DNA of 32,737 nucleotides from positions 1 through 32,737 of the forward strand of contig NATF01000012.1 of NCBI GenBank assembly GCA_002085205.1. Direction: 5' to 3'. The DNA is from Candidatus Cloacimonas sp. 4484_275 (GTDB lineage: Bacteria > Cloacimonadota > Cloacimonadia > Cloacimonadales > TCS61). Made by a program: the position numbers and the translations under genes. This document shows positions 8,578-20,769 of this stretch, piece by piece. How positions within the stretch are numbered: position 1 is the first letter of the stretch; every line of letters begins with the position of its first letter. The notes below the pieces were generated by a model. The model was given only the letters and a program-made list of their open reading frames with translations, was not told the DNA's origin and made no database searches.

Positions 8578-8597
8578 TAAAAAAAACGGGTAATTTC

Positions 8598-8606
<9 letters not shown>
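8578..8606 (-). terminator. Intrinsic terminator of the atp operon
   Basis: On the minus strand, aacgggtaa-gaaa-ttacccgtt is followed by tttttttt. The stem includes the atpC stop codon. Confidence 0.7.
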
Positions 8607-11272
<2,666 letters not shown>

Positions 11273-11307
11273 TTTTCCCCGATTTTCTTTTCGATTTTAG
11301 AAAATTT

Positions 11308-12807
11308 CTAAAATTTGCTTATAACTTTTTCGCAGATTTTTCTCATTTCCGCTTTGATTTCATCGGTAATTTTATCTTGAACAAGTTTTTTCATAAAATC
11401 CTGATATTCGGAATCAAGAGTCGCATATAATTCTTCTTCCACTTTCTTAATGTCGTTAAGTTCTATCTTATCAAGATAACCTTCGTTCGCCATGAAGATA
11501 ATGAATATTTGCTTGGCAACCGGCAACGGAGAATATTGATCTTGTTTGAGAATTTCCACAAGCCTTTCCCCTCTTCGCAACTGAGCTTGTGTAGCTTTAT
11601 CAAGATCTGAACCGAATTTTGAAAATGCTTCCAATTCCGCATATTGAGCCAAATTCAACCGAAGTTGACCGGTTACGCCTTTCATCGCTTTAATTTGAGC
11701 ATTTCCACCCACACGAGAAACGGAAAGACCGGCATTAATAGCGGGACGCACACCCGAATAGAAAAGTCTGCTTCCCAAATAAATTTGCCCGTCAGTAATG
11801 GAAATTACATTCGTGGGAATGTATGCCGTAATATCATCCGCTTGCGTTTCGATAATCGGAAGAGCGGTAAGCGACCCGCCGCCAAGTTCATCATTAAGTT
11901 TGGAAGCTCTTTCCAATAATCTTGAATGAAGATAAAAAACATCGCCCGGATACGCTTCTCTTCCCGGCGGTCTTCTCAAAAGCAAAGATAATTCACGATA
12001 AGCAACGGCATGTTTGGAAAGATCATCGTAAATAATTAAAGCATGTTTGCCGTTGTCGCGGAAATATTCTCCCATCGTGGCGCCGGCATAAGGAGCAAGA
12101 TATTGCAACGAGGCAGCTTCGGATGCGGATGCGGAAACAATTATCGTGTAATCCATCGCATTGTGTTCTTCCAAGGTTTTTACGATTTTGGCAACGGAAG
12201 ACTTCTTTTGACCGATTGCCACATAAATACAAAATACATCCGATTCCTTTTGGTTAATAATCGTATCGATGGCAATAGCGGTTTTTCCGGTTTGTCTGTC
12301 GCCGATAATCAATTCACGCTGTCCTCTTCCAATCGGAATCATGGAATCGATTGATTTAATACCCGTTTGCAAAGGTTCTTTCACCGGTTGTCTCTGAATG
12401 ATTCCTAACGCCTTTCTTTCAATCGGCATATTTTTTTCCGCTTTGATTTCCCCTTTTCCGTCTATCGGTTCTCCCAAAGCGTTCACAACTCTTCCCAAAA
12501 GTGCGTCGCCGACCGGAACCTGAAGTATCTTCCGAGTTCTGCGGGCTGTATCTCCTTCTTTAATCTTTCTGGTTTCACCGAAAATAATACATCCCACATT
12601 GTCTTCTTCCAGATTCAGCGCCATTCCGACGACTCCGCCGGGAAACTCTATCATTTCGCCGGCCATCACATTGTTCAAACCGTAAACTCTGGCAATTCCA
12701 TCACCGACTTGAACCACTTTTCCGGTTTCGTCTATATCGATATCAAACTGAAAATTATTGATTTGGGATTTTAAAATCGCACTAATTTCGTCAGGTTGTA
12801 TTTTCAT
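11308..12807 (-). CDS. atpA: F1 ATP synthase subunit alpha
   Basis: 499 aa with Walker [16 protein letters not shown]. Confidence 0.97.
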   Translation of the reverse strand: MKIQPDEISAILKSQINNFQFDIDIDETGKVVQVGDGIARVYGLNNVMAGEMIEFPGGVVGMALNLEEDNVGCIIFGETRKIKEGDTARRTRKILQVPVGDALLGRVVNALGEPIDGKGEIKAEKNMPIERKALGIIQRQPVKEPLQTGIKSIDSMIPIGRGQRELIIGDRQTGKTAIAIDTIINQKESDVFCIYVAIGQKKSSVAKIVKTLEEHNAMDYTIIVSASASEAASLQYLAPYAGATMGEYFRDNGKHALIIYDDLSKHAVAYRELSLLLRRPPGREAYPGDVFYLHSRLLERASKLNDELGGGSLTALPIIETQADDITAYIPTNVISITDGQIYLGSRLFYSGVRPAINAGLSVSRVGGNAQIKAMKGVTGQLRLNLAQYAELEAFSKFGSDLDKATQAQLRRGERLVEILKQDQYSPLPVAKQIFIIFMANEGYLDKIELNDIKKVEEELYATLDSEYQDFMKKLVQDKITDEIKAEMRKICEKVISKF

Positions 12808-13352
12808 TTTACCCTCATTTTATCAATTATATTTTTGAATTTTATCAAATTGTTTCTGATCGAGCCGTCTATTCGGAAAGATTCCGTTTCCGCCACAAAA
12901 CCGCCGATAATCTCGGGTTCAATCCTGGCATCAAAAATAACATCTTTATTGAAAATTTCAGAAACTTTTTTCCGAATATTTTCTATAACCGTCGGCGAAT
13001 GTTTGTGAGCGGTTTTCAATATCACTTTTATCTGATTTCTTTTCTCATAAATAATCGCTTCCAGTTCGTATAAAATCGCTTCGATAATCGAAAATCTGTG
13101 CTTTTCGACCAAAATTCCGAACAGATTTCTCCAGACTTTGCGATTCTGCAAATTTTCCGAAAGCAAATTAATTAATTCTTCTCTTTTTTGCGGACTTAAA
13201 AGATAGGAATCAATTTTTTTTATCAACTCGCCGGAATCTGTAAAAACCTTTCTTAATGCCGAAATATCATTCAGCAACGAATCAAAATTGCTCTCTCTGA
13301 AAATTTCCAGAAATGCTTTGGCGTATCGTTGCGCAACTATTCTGTCTTTCAT
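12804..13352 (-). CDS. atpH: F1 ATP synthase subunit delta (OSCP)
   Basis: 182 aa. Position between atpF and atp[10 protein letters not shown] start, and C-terminus [22 protein letters not shown]. Confidence 0.85.
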   Translation of the reverse strand: MKDRIVAQRYAKAFLEIFRESNFDSLLNDISALRKVFTDSGELIKKIDSYLLSPQKREELINLLSENLQNRKVWRNLFGILVEKHRFSIIEAILYELEAIIYEKRNQIKVILKTAHKHSPTVIENIRKKVSEIFNKDVIFDARIEPEIIGGFVAETESFRIDGSIRNNLIKFKNIIDKMRVK

Positions 13353-13831
13353 TTATCGCCTTTTTCACTTAGCATTTTGTTTATCAAGGTAAGGTCTTCT
13401 TTCTCATCGATTTTGCCGGAAAGGAATTTTTCCGAAAGCTGAGAAACCATTTCCGCCAATTCGCTTTTAATTTGCGCCAGAACCTTTTCTTTTTCATGAA
13501 TAAGCTGTTCTTCAAGTTCTTGCATCATTCTTCTCTCGTGCTGTTTGGCAGATTTAACTATTTCCGTGGCTTGTTTTTCCGCTTCCAGTTTTGCTCTTTT
13601 TTTCAATCTGCGGATTTCTTCCGCCGTCTTTTTGAGCTCTTCCTCTTTTTCTCTAACAAGTTCAAGCGCTTTCTGTTTGGAAATTTTAGCATTTTCCATA
13701 TCGGAAATAATCTTATCTCTTCGCTCCGCCAAAAATTTATTAATCGGCTTATACAGCAGTTTGTTAAGAATGATTAATAAAAGCACAAAATTCAGAATCA
13801 CAATTATTAAAGAATAATCTATATTAATCAT
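13349..13831 (-). CDS. atpF: Fo ATP synthase subunit b
   Basis: 160 aa with a single N-terminal TM segment (LIIVILNFVLLLIILNKLL) followed by a long charged helix. Confidence 0.85.
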   Translation of the reverse strand: MINIDYSLIIVILNFVLLLIILNKLLYKPINKFLAERRDKIISDMENAKISKQKALELVREKEEELKKTAEEIRRLKKRAKLEAEKQATEIVKSAKQHERRMMQELEEQLIHEKEKVLAQIKSELAEMVSQLSEKFLSGKIDEKEDLTLINKMLSEKGDK

Positions 13832-13873
13832 AAAAACTCCGTCTATGAATTTGGGAGAAAAATTTTATGCTTT

Positions 13874-14810
<937 letters not shown>

Positions 14811-15739
14811 TTACTCCGAAATCTCCACACCAATATATGTGAGCGCCAACATTGTAAACACAAAAGCTTGAATCGTTCCTACAAAAATTCCAAAAAATAA
14901 ATTGAGCCCGATGGGAACTATAACAAAATGAACCAACGAGGAAACCACTAAAATAATTATGGCTCCTCCCAATATGTTTCCGAAAAGTCGGAAAGAAATA
15001 GAAACGACTTTTGCCACTTCACCCACTATATCGAGCAAAAATAGAGGATTTTTTACGAAATTAATGTAATTTTGAATATGATGCCAAAATCCTTTAACTT
15101 TGATTGCCGTGAATTGAACGACAATCATGGCGGCAATTCCCAAGCCGAGCGGAACATTTAAATTTCTGGTCGGCTCCATAAATCCCGGGTCGGCTCCATA
15201 AATCCCGGAATCGGCACCATTCCGATTAAATTACAAACCCAAATAAAAATGAAAAGCGTTACAATATAAGGGGTATAATGAATTCTTTCTTTTCCGACCG
15301 TTTCCACCACAAATTCTTCCAAAGTGGTGTAAAGCATTTCAAACATAAGTTGCGGTTTTGTTGGTTTTTCAAATAATTGCTTTTTAATAATGTAAGCAAC
15401 CCAAAGCAAGACCAAATCGACAATCAGCAGCATTCTGAGAAGCTGAAAAGTTCCTACCGGCGTATTTTTGAAAAAAGCGTGAAAAAAATCATATAAGCGA
15501 GTACTGCCGTAGATTGCTTTTTTTTCGCCTTTTTCTTCTATATATTCATCTCTTTGAAATTCTTCCGTGATTTTTTCCTGCAAATCGTAATGTGATTTCA
15601 CATTGCGAAAAACGAATTTTCCTTCGGAAAAACCAACTTGCAATTGTTTGTTAAATCCTCCGGAAATAACGACAAGAATTACTTCAATGACGAAAAATAT
15701 GAGAAAATACTTTTTCAGTGACCCTTTTTTTCGAGCCAT
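14811..15739 (-). pseudogene. atpB: Fo ATP synthase subunit a, split by a 20-bp tandem duplication
   Basis: ORFs 15158-15739 (...IPGFMEPTRDLWSRPEI*) and 14811-15179 (MEPTRNLNVPLGLG...ISFRLFGNILGG with the essential Arg). The span is 929 nt, and 929 - 20 = 909 = 303 codons, so removing one repeat copy restores a single ORF. Confidence 0.9.
15169..15208. repeat. Perfect 20-bp tandem duplication inside atpB
   Basis: gtcggctccataaatcccgg occurs at 15169-15188 and 15189-15208 (phase ambiguous by 1 nt). It duplicates the codons for PGFMEPTR. Confidence 0.95.
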
Positions 15740-15742
15740 TAA

Positions 15743-16037
15743 TCAATCCTTCTTACCTTTTTTTGACAAAAATCCAATTAATTCATTCGCATAAATTGCA
15801 ATTTGAGCCATCAAAAGACCCAAACCAAAAAAAATGATGTCGGGTTTAATAAAAATCAATATCAAAAACGAATATAAAATCAATCAAAAACGAATATAAA
15901 ATCAGGAAAGAATATCGCAGCAAAGAACCTTTGGCGGCATTCACTTTTGCCTTGTTTTCACCCAGCACCAAACCCCTTTTAATGTTTATTGCCAACCAAA
16001 CAATAATTCTCGTTATTGATAGTATCAAATATTTCAT
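15743..16037 (-). pseudogene. AtpI-like small membrane protein, frameshifted by a 22-bp tandem duplication
   Basis: The track ORF 15846-16037 ends ...SFLILYSFLIDFIFVFDIDFY*. Deleting one repeat copy gives 273 nt = 91 codons: ...RYSFLILYSFLILIFIKPDIIFFGLGLLMAQIAIYANELIGFLSKKGKKD*. That ends at TGA 15743-15745, 3 nt before the atpB ATG. The AtpI assignment rests on position and hydrophobicity only. Confidence 0.5.
15861..15904. repeat. Perfect 22-bp tandem duplication
   Basis: atcaaaaacgaatataaaatca occurs at 15861-15882 and 15883-15904 with no mismatch. Confidence 0.95.
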
Positions 16038-16056
16038 TATTTTTCATAATATTTTT

Positions 16057-16191
16057 TCAATATTTTGTAAGCAGTAAATATTCAATGAAGGAAAGCCCAA
16101 GTTGAGACACAAGACCAAAATATTTCAAAATGGTCTGATCCGGTTTTCTCAGTTTTTTCCACAAAGAAAATTCGTTATTCTTTTTTGTCAT
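16057..16191 (-). CDS. AtpZ/'ATPase_gene1'-like small protein, possibly truncated
   Basis: From the ATG at 16191: MTKKNNEFSLWKKLRKPDQTILKYFGLVSQLGLSFIEYLLLTKY*. The basic N-terminus followed by 'LKY.GLg.QLG' resembles the short proteins that precede atpI/atpB. It ends after one hydrophobic stretch, where family members usually have two. Confidence 0.35.
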   Translation of the reverse strand: MTKKNNEFSLWKKLRKPDQTILKYFGLVSQLGLSFIEYLLLTKY

Positions 16192-16582
16192 TTTGCTCGC
16201 CACTTTTCGCCAATAATATTTCGTCTTTTTCCGGATTTTTATCAGCATCGGTATTCATAGAACAATTACCGTTGAAAACGGCTCCCGAATGTATTTTGAG
16301 AATTTTGGCAATTATATCTCCGTTAAGAACAGCTGTCTTTTCCAATTCCAATACATCTTTTACTTCGATATTGCCGTCCACTTTGCCGGAAACAAGGCAT
16401 TCTTCCGCGATAATATCGGATTTTACGATTCCCGAATCTCCGATGGTAACGAAACCTTCCGACTCGATTTTTCCGTCCACTTCGCCGTCAATCTTGATGC
16501 CGCCGCGGGCAAACACAGAGCCTTTAATACGGCAATCTCTTCCTATGAATGTGGATAACTCCACTTTTTTGTTGCGAATCAC
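16175..16582 (-). CDS. Bactofilin (DUF583/CcmA family) cytoskeletal protein
   Basis: 135 aa with repetitive beta-helix pattern: IGRDCRIKGSVFARGGIKIDGEVDGKIESEGFVTIGDSGIVKSDIIAEECLVSGKVDGNIEVKDVLELEKTAVLNGDI. Confidence 0.85.
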   Translation of the reverse strand: MIRNKKVELSTFIGRDCRIKGSVFARGGIKIDGEVDGKIESEGFVTIGDSGIVKSDIIAEECLVSGKVDGNIEVKDVLELEKTAVLNGDIIAKILKIHSGAVFNGNCSMNTDADKNPEKDEILLAKSGEQNDKKE

Positions 16583-16595
16583 AAAGTCCCCCTTT

Positions 16596-17939
16596 TTACT
16601 TCAGATTCTTTAAAATTTCCGCCGGATTGATGTTTTCTCCGTTTTTCAAAATCTCGAAATGCAGATGCGGAGCAGTGCTGTTGCCGGTGTTTCCGGCTAA
16701 TCCGATTATCTCTCCTTTTTGAACAGCCATATTTGATTTCACCAAAATCTTTGCCAAATGTGCATATAAAGTGGCATATTCGTTTAAATGGTCTATCATT
16801 ATTACTTTTCCCAAATATTTATCCTCATAAACGGAAAGTACTTCTCCGGAAGCGGCGGCAAGCACTTCAGTTCCTTTGGGAACAGCAAAATCAAGAGCGG
16901 GATGTTTCTTTGAAAAAACCTGACTTATGGCATAATCCGAATTTACGGGAATCAAATCAGGAAAATGCTTTTTTCTTTTTTTGATTTTTTCCAATTTTTC
17001 TTTTAATTCGCGTTTTTTAACGGAAAGCAATTTTTCGTCTGAACTATCTTTTTTAATATAATTATTGAGTTTTTCATTAATATTATCCGCTTGTTGTTTC
17101 GGTTTATTTAGTTCTTTTAATCTGCGATTTTCCGCGGAAAGTTTTTCGATGTAACCGGATGATATTTCAATTTCTTCCCGATGTGCTTTAATTCTTTTTC
17201 TTATGTTGTGATTTTCCAAGAGTAGAATTTCCGGAAAGGAAATCTCTTTTTCTTTTTTGGAATTAAGGGCAAGCGCATCGGTTTCCATGATTCTTTTGGC
17301 TTCCGTTTCCGCTTTCCGAACCGATAAACCGTTTTTGATGATATACTCGGCAAATTGCTCTTGTAATTCTTTTTTCACTTGTAAAATCGCGCGAGCATGA
17401 CCGGAAGAAAGTTTTTTTTCCAAAATCATTTTTTGTATTTTGGAACTAAGTTTCAAAATTCTGATGGAATTGGAAATTGTAACCCGTTCTTTTCCTACAA
17501 TTTCGGCAATTTGAGAATGGGTCATCCCGAATTCTTCACTCAATTGTCGGTATGCCAAAGCTTCTTCAATCGCATTCAAATCTTCGCGCTGCACATTTTC
17601 AATAATGGCAAATTGCAACTGTTCTTTTGGAGAAACGCTGCGAATAATTACCGGAATTTCATCGAAATTTGCAAGTTTCGCCGCTTCCAATCGTCTTTCT
17701 CCGGCAATAAGTTCGTATTCCGTCGTTGCCTTTTTGGTAACGATTATCGGCTGAATAAGACCGTTTTCTTTAAGAGATTTCGCCAATTCTTCCAATTTTT
17801 CTCGGTTAAATGTTTTGCGCGGCTGAAACCTGTTTGGTTTGATGTATTCCAATTTTACGGTTGTAATTCCGGTGGTTTTATCAACCGATTCCGGTCCTGA
17901 ATTAATTAACGCTTCCAATCCTCTTCCCAATTTACTCAT
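16596..17939 (-). CDS. parB: ParB (N-terminal and HTH domains, no C-terminal dimerisation domain) fused in frame to a coiled-coil plus M23/LytM peptidase domain; likely chimera
   Basis: Residues 1-~244 are ParB: GRGLEALI, IKPNRFQPRK, ELIAGERRLEAAKLA, HTH GMTHSQIAEIVGKERVTISNSIRILKL. Residues ~245-447 are coiled coil, then HPALDFAVPKGTEVLAAASGEVL...YAHL...GNTGNSTAPHLHFEI (HxxxD and HxH zinc motifs of M23). There is no signal peptide or TM segment before the peptidase part. Confidence 0.75.
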   Translation of the reverse strand: MSKLGRGLEALINSGPESVDKTTGITTVKLEYIKPNRFQPRKTFNREKLEELAKSLKENGLIQPIIVTKKATTEYELIAGERRLEAAKLANFDEIPVIIRSVSPKEQLQFAIIENVQREDLNAIEEALAYRQLSEEFGMTHSQIAEIVGKERVTISNSIRILKLSSKIQKMILEKKLSSGHARAILQVKKELQEQFAEYIIKNGLSVRKAETEAKRIMETDALALNSKKEKEISFPEILLLENHNIRKRIKAHREEIEISSGYIEKLSAENRRLKELNKPKQQADNINEKLNNYIKKDSSDEKLLSVKKRELKEKLEKIKKRKKHFPDLIPVNSDYAISQVFSKKHPALDFAVPKGTEVLAAASGEVLSVYEDKYLGKVIMIDHLNEYATLYAHLAKILVKSNMAVQKGEIIGLAGNTGNSTAPHLHFEILKNGENINPAEILKNLK

Positions 17940-18691
17940 CTTGATATAACTTCCTTTGCCAAAGATAAATAGTTTTTTGAACCTATCGATTTTATGTCGT
18001 AATGAAAAATCGATTTCCCGAAACTCGGAGATTCGCTCAATTTCACCGTCCGCTGAATAATCGTATCAAAAGTCTGCTCTTGAAAATAGCGCCTAACTTC
18101 ACGGGCTACTTGATGAGAAAGATTTAAACGGCGGTCGAACATCGTCAGTAAAATTCCCAAAATATTCAGATTCGGATTCAAACTTTTTTTTATTAACCGG
18201 ATCGTTGTGAGCAATTGACTTACACCTTCCAAAGCGTAATATTCGCATTGTATCGGAATCAAAACATCCGTGCAAGCCGTAAGTGCGTTCACGGTAAGTA
18301 ATCCCAATGAAGGCGGACAATCGATAATAATATATTCATAATTATCGGCAATCGGTTTTATTGCTTCTTTCAGTTTGTGTTCCCGCGAATATTCTTTCAC
18401 GAGTTCAATTTCCGCTCCGCTTAATTCCATATTGGAAGTGGCGACATCCAGCATTTTCAAAAGCGGAGAATTTTCTATAATTTCCGTAATGGAAACCTTT
18501 TCAATCAAAGCTTCGTAGATATTCGGATTTTTCTTTTCCAGACCGATACCGCTCGTTGCATTTCCCTGCGGATCGAAATCTATCAACAAAGTCTTTTTTT
18601 CATAAATCGCCAATGCGGAAGCCAAATTTATTGCCGTGGTCGTCTTCCCCACGCCACCTTTCTGATTAACAACCGTAATTATTTTTTTCAT
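17936..18691 (-). CDS. parA: Chromosome partitioning ATPase ParA/Soj
   Basis: 251 aa with deviant Walker A VVNQKGGVGKTTTAINLA. It overlaps the parB start by 4 nt. Confidence 0.95.
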   Translation of the reverse strand: MKKIITVVNQKGGVGKTTTAINLASALAIYEKKTLLIDFDPQGNATSGIGLEKKNPNIYEALIEKVSITEIIENSPLLKMLDVATSNMELSGAEIELVKEYSREHKLKEAIKPIADNYEYIIIDCPPSLGLLTVNALTACTDVLIPIQCEYYALEGVSQLLTTIRLIKKSLNPNLNILGILLTMFDRRLNLSHQVAREVRRYFQEQTFDTIIQRTVKLSESPSFGKSIFHYDIKSIGSKNYLSLAKEVISR

Positions 18692-19332
18692 TTTTTAGAA
18701 ATTTCCACAATCTTTCTTTCTCCGATTTCCGGATGACTGACATCATAACTTCTATATTTATCAAACAATTTCAAATCATCTGATTTCCTGCTTTTATACA
18801 GAATTATTTTCCCGTCTTTTTTCAAAATTCGGAATAATTTCTTTTTATATTTCGGTAATATTTTCACGGAACGACACACTATCACATCGAAGAAATCATT
18901 CCATTCATCTTCCAAATCCTCAAGCCGTGAAACAATCGTGAAACACTTTTTCAAGTCAAGTTTTTTGATAAATTTTTTCAGGCTTTCGGCTTTCTTCATT
19001 CTGGATTCCAAAAGATAGACTTCCGCAGAAGAAAAAACTATTTTCAATGGAATTCCCGGCAGTCCGCCGCCGCTTCCGAAATCGAGAATTTTCTTTCCCG
19101 AAAAATTAAAAATTTTTATCGGAAGCAAAGAATCCAAAAAATGAATTGTCCAATAATCATCTTCAATTGTTTTACGTGAAACCAGATTTATTTTACGATT
19201 TTCTTCGGATAATAAAGCATGATATTTTTCAAAAACGGGAATGATTTCGCTTGTTTTTATCCCTAAATGCGTTTCCAAAAAACTTACAAAAATATCTTTT
19301 TTCATAAAGAAAAAATTTTTTTTGTGAAACAT
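18688..19332 (-). CDS. rsmG: 16S rRNA (guanine527-N7)-methyltransferase RsmG (GidB)
   Basis: SAM motif ILDFGSGGGLPGIPLKI and position upstream of parAB. The real start may be the ATG at 19305 (MKKDIFVSFLE...). Confidence 0.9.
   Translation of the reverse strand: MFHKKNFFFMKKDIFVSFLETHLGIKTSEIIPVFEKYHALLSEENRKINLVSRKTIEDDYWTIHFLDSLLPIKIFNFSGKKILDFGSGGGLPGIPLKIVFSSAEVYLLESRMKKAESLKKFIKKLDLKKCFTIVSRLEDLEDEWNDFFDVIVCRSVKILPKYKKKLFRILKKDGKIILYKSRKSDDLKLFDKYRSYDVSHPEIGERKIVEISKK
19168..19183. promoter_or_regulatory. parS-like site inside rsmG (14/16 match)
   Basis: TGTTTTACGTGAAACC versus TGTTTCACGTGAAACA. Two direct GTGAAACA half-sites also lie nearby at 18937-18944 and 18948-18955. Confidence 0.4.
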
Positions 19333-19455
19333 GTGTCAAGAATTCCGAAAAATTTAAAATAAATATTCTCTTTTTGTCATTAAAAATTAATTCTTGACTG
19401 AGATTTTGAATAAAAAACTTTCGAAATTGTATTTTAAGAAAAATAAGGAAAGAAA

Positions 19456-20357
19456 ATGCTGGAAAGAATATCGAACCCCAATCTGCAAGCGGACGAAAAA
19501 GAATTCGACAGAACTTTACGCCCGAAAACTCTGGCTGATTTCGTAGGTCAGGAACAAATAAAAGAAATCTTGGATATTTCCATTCAAGCGGCAAAATTAA
19601 GGAAAGAACCGCTCGACCATATTCTTTTCTACGGACCTCCCGGATTGGGAAAAACAACTTTGGCTCACATTATTGCCAACGAGCTCGGGGCGGAAATAAA
19701 AGTGAGTTCCGGACCCGTTTTGGAAAAAGCTCCCGATTTAGCGGGAATTCTGACCAATTTACAACGACAAGATGTTTTCTTTATTGATGAAATCCACCGA
19801 TTAAATCATGTTGTGGAAGAATACATGTATCCCGCAATTGAAGATTTCGAAATGGAAATAATTATCGACAGCGGACCTTCCGCTCGTTCTCTAAAAATAG
19901 ATATAGAACCATTTACTTTAATCGGAGCGACAACCAGAGCCGGTCTCCTTACCTCTCCGTTGCGGGCAAGATTCGGACTTGTTCTAAGATTGGATTATTA
20001 CGATATTCAAAGCATCAGAAAAATCATTAACAGATCCGCGAAATTAATGAATATTCCCATTGAAACGGAAGGCGCAATCGAAATTGCTCGCCGTAGTCGC
20101 GGCACTCCGAGAGTCGCCAATCGTTTGTTGCGGCGCGTGCGTGATTTTGCCCAGGACCGGTTGGCCTAAAAACTCTTTCGGTAGCGGTTGGAGAAGACCC
20201 GGGAACAATTGAAGAAATTTATGAACCGTATCTAATTCAGCAAGGATTTTTGGACAGGACTCCTCAAGGCAGAAAAGCGACAATGAAAGCGTATAAACAT
20301 TTTCATTTAACCCCTCAGGAAGAACAAATTTCCGTTTTTGAAAAAATTACCGAATAA
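19456..20357 (+). pseudogene. ruvB: Holliday-junction helicase RuvB with an internal ~45-codon deletion and frameshift
   Basis: Walker [16 protein letters not shown], Walker [10 protein letters not shown]. The frame ends ...[19 protein letters not shown] (20169). The -1 frame from ~20154 reads [50 protein letters not shown]..., the normal RuvB C-terminus. The segment between RDFA and GGPVGL is missing. Confidence 0.9.
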
Positions 20358-20389
20358 AGAAATGAATTTTAGCTGATTATATTGAAAAC

Positions 20390-20520
20390 CGAAAAAAAAT
20401 AACTTTTTTATATTTATATAAAAAATAAAGAAATATAACATTTTTGATTAAAATCGTTTTCGATAATTATAATTTCTCATCTTTATATTTTGTTTTGAAT
20501 TATCGTTTTTAAATGATTTT
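20390..20520. other. AT-rich block, candidate DNA-unwinding element of oriC
   Basis: About 130 bp of almost pure A/T (ttttttatatttatataaaaaataaagaaatataacatttttgattaaaatcgtttt...) immediately upstream of the DnaA-box cluster. Confidence 0.5.
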
Positions 20521-20603
20521 TTGCTTCTTCTTCTCCAAAATTTACCTGCTTGACAAATATATTTTCCTTCCGAATTTAGGAATGCTGAAAATTGAATTTT
20601 AGT

Positions 20604-20716
20604 TTATCCACAATGATTTTCGATTATGTGGATAGTTGGGAATTTTTACACAGCTTTTTGATGTGTATTTATTTGAAACATAAGATGTTATGGTAAACAT
20701 AACAAAATGTGGATAA
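20604..20716. promoter_or_regulatory. DnaA-box cluster upstream of dnaA
   Basis: TTATCCACA at 20604-20612 (+, perfect). tgtggatag at 20627-20635 (minus-strand CTATCCACA, 1 mismatch). tgtggataa at 20708-20716 (minus strand, perfect). Confidence 0.8.
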
Positions 20717-20769
20717 GTTGTGAATTATTAAGTGAATTACTCTGAAATTTGGGATTATAGGTGGAAATA

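Noticed and set aside
16185-16613. 142-aa plus-strand ORF opposite the bactofilin gene
   Set aside because: It is a shadow ORF of the repetitive bactofilin beta-helix coding sequence, Ser/Pro-rich with no start context.
19229-19657. 142-aa minus-strand ORF spanning the rsmG-ruvB intergenic region
   Set aside because: It overlaps the 5' ends of two well-supported divergent genes and the promoter region, and its composition is implausible.
20641-20760. Additional DnaA-box-like 9-mers (ttttacaca at 20644-20652, tgtgaatta at 20719-20727, ttatccagt at 22313-22321)
   Set aside because: Each has two mismatches to TTATCCACA, which is too degenerate to call without a scoring matrix.
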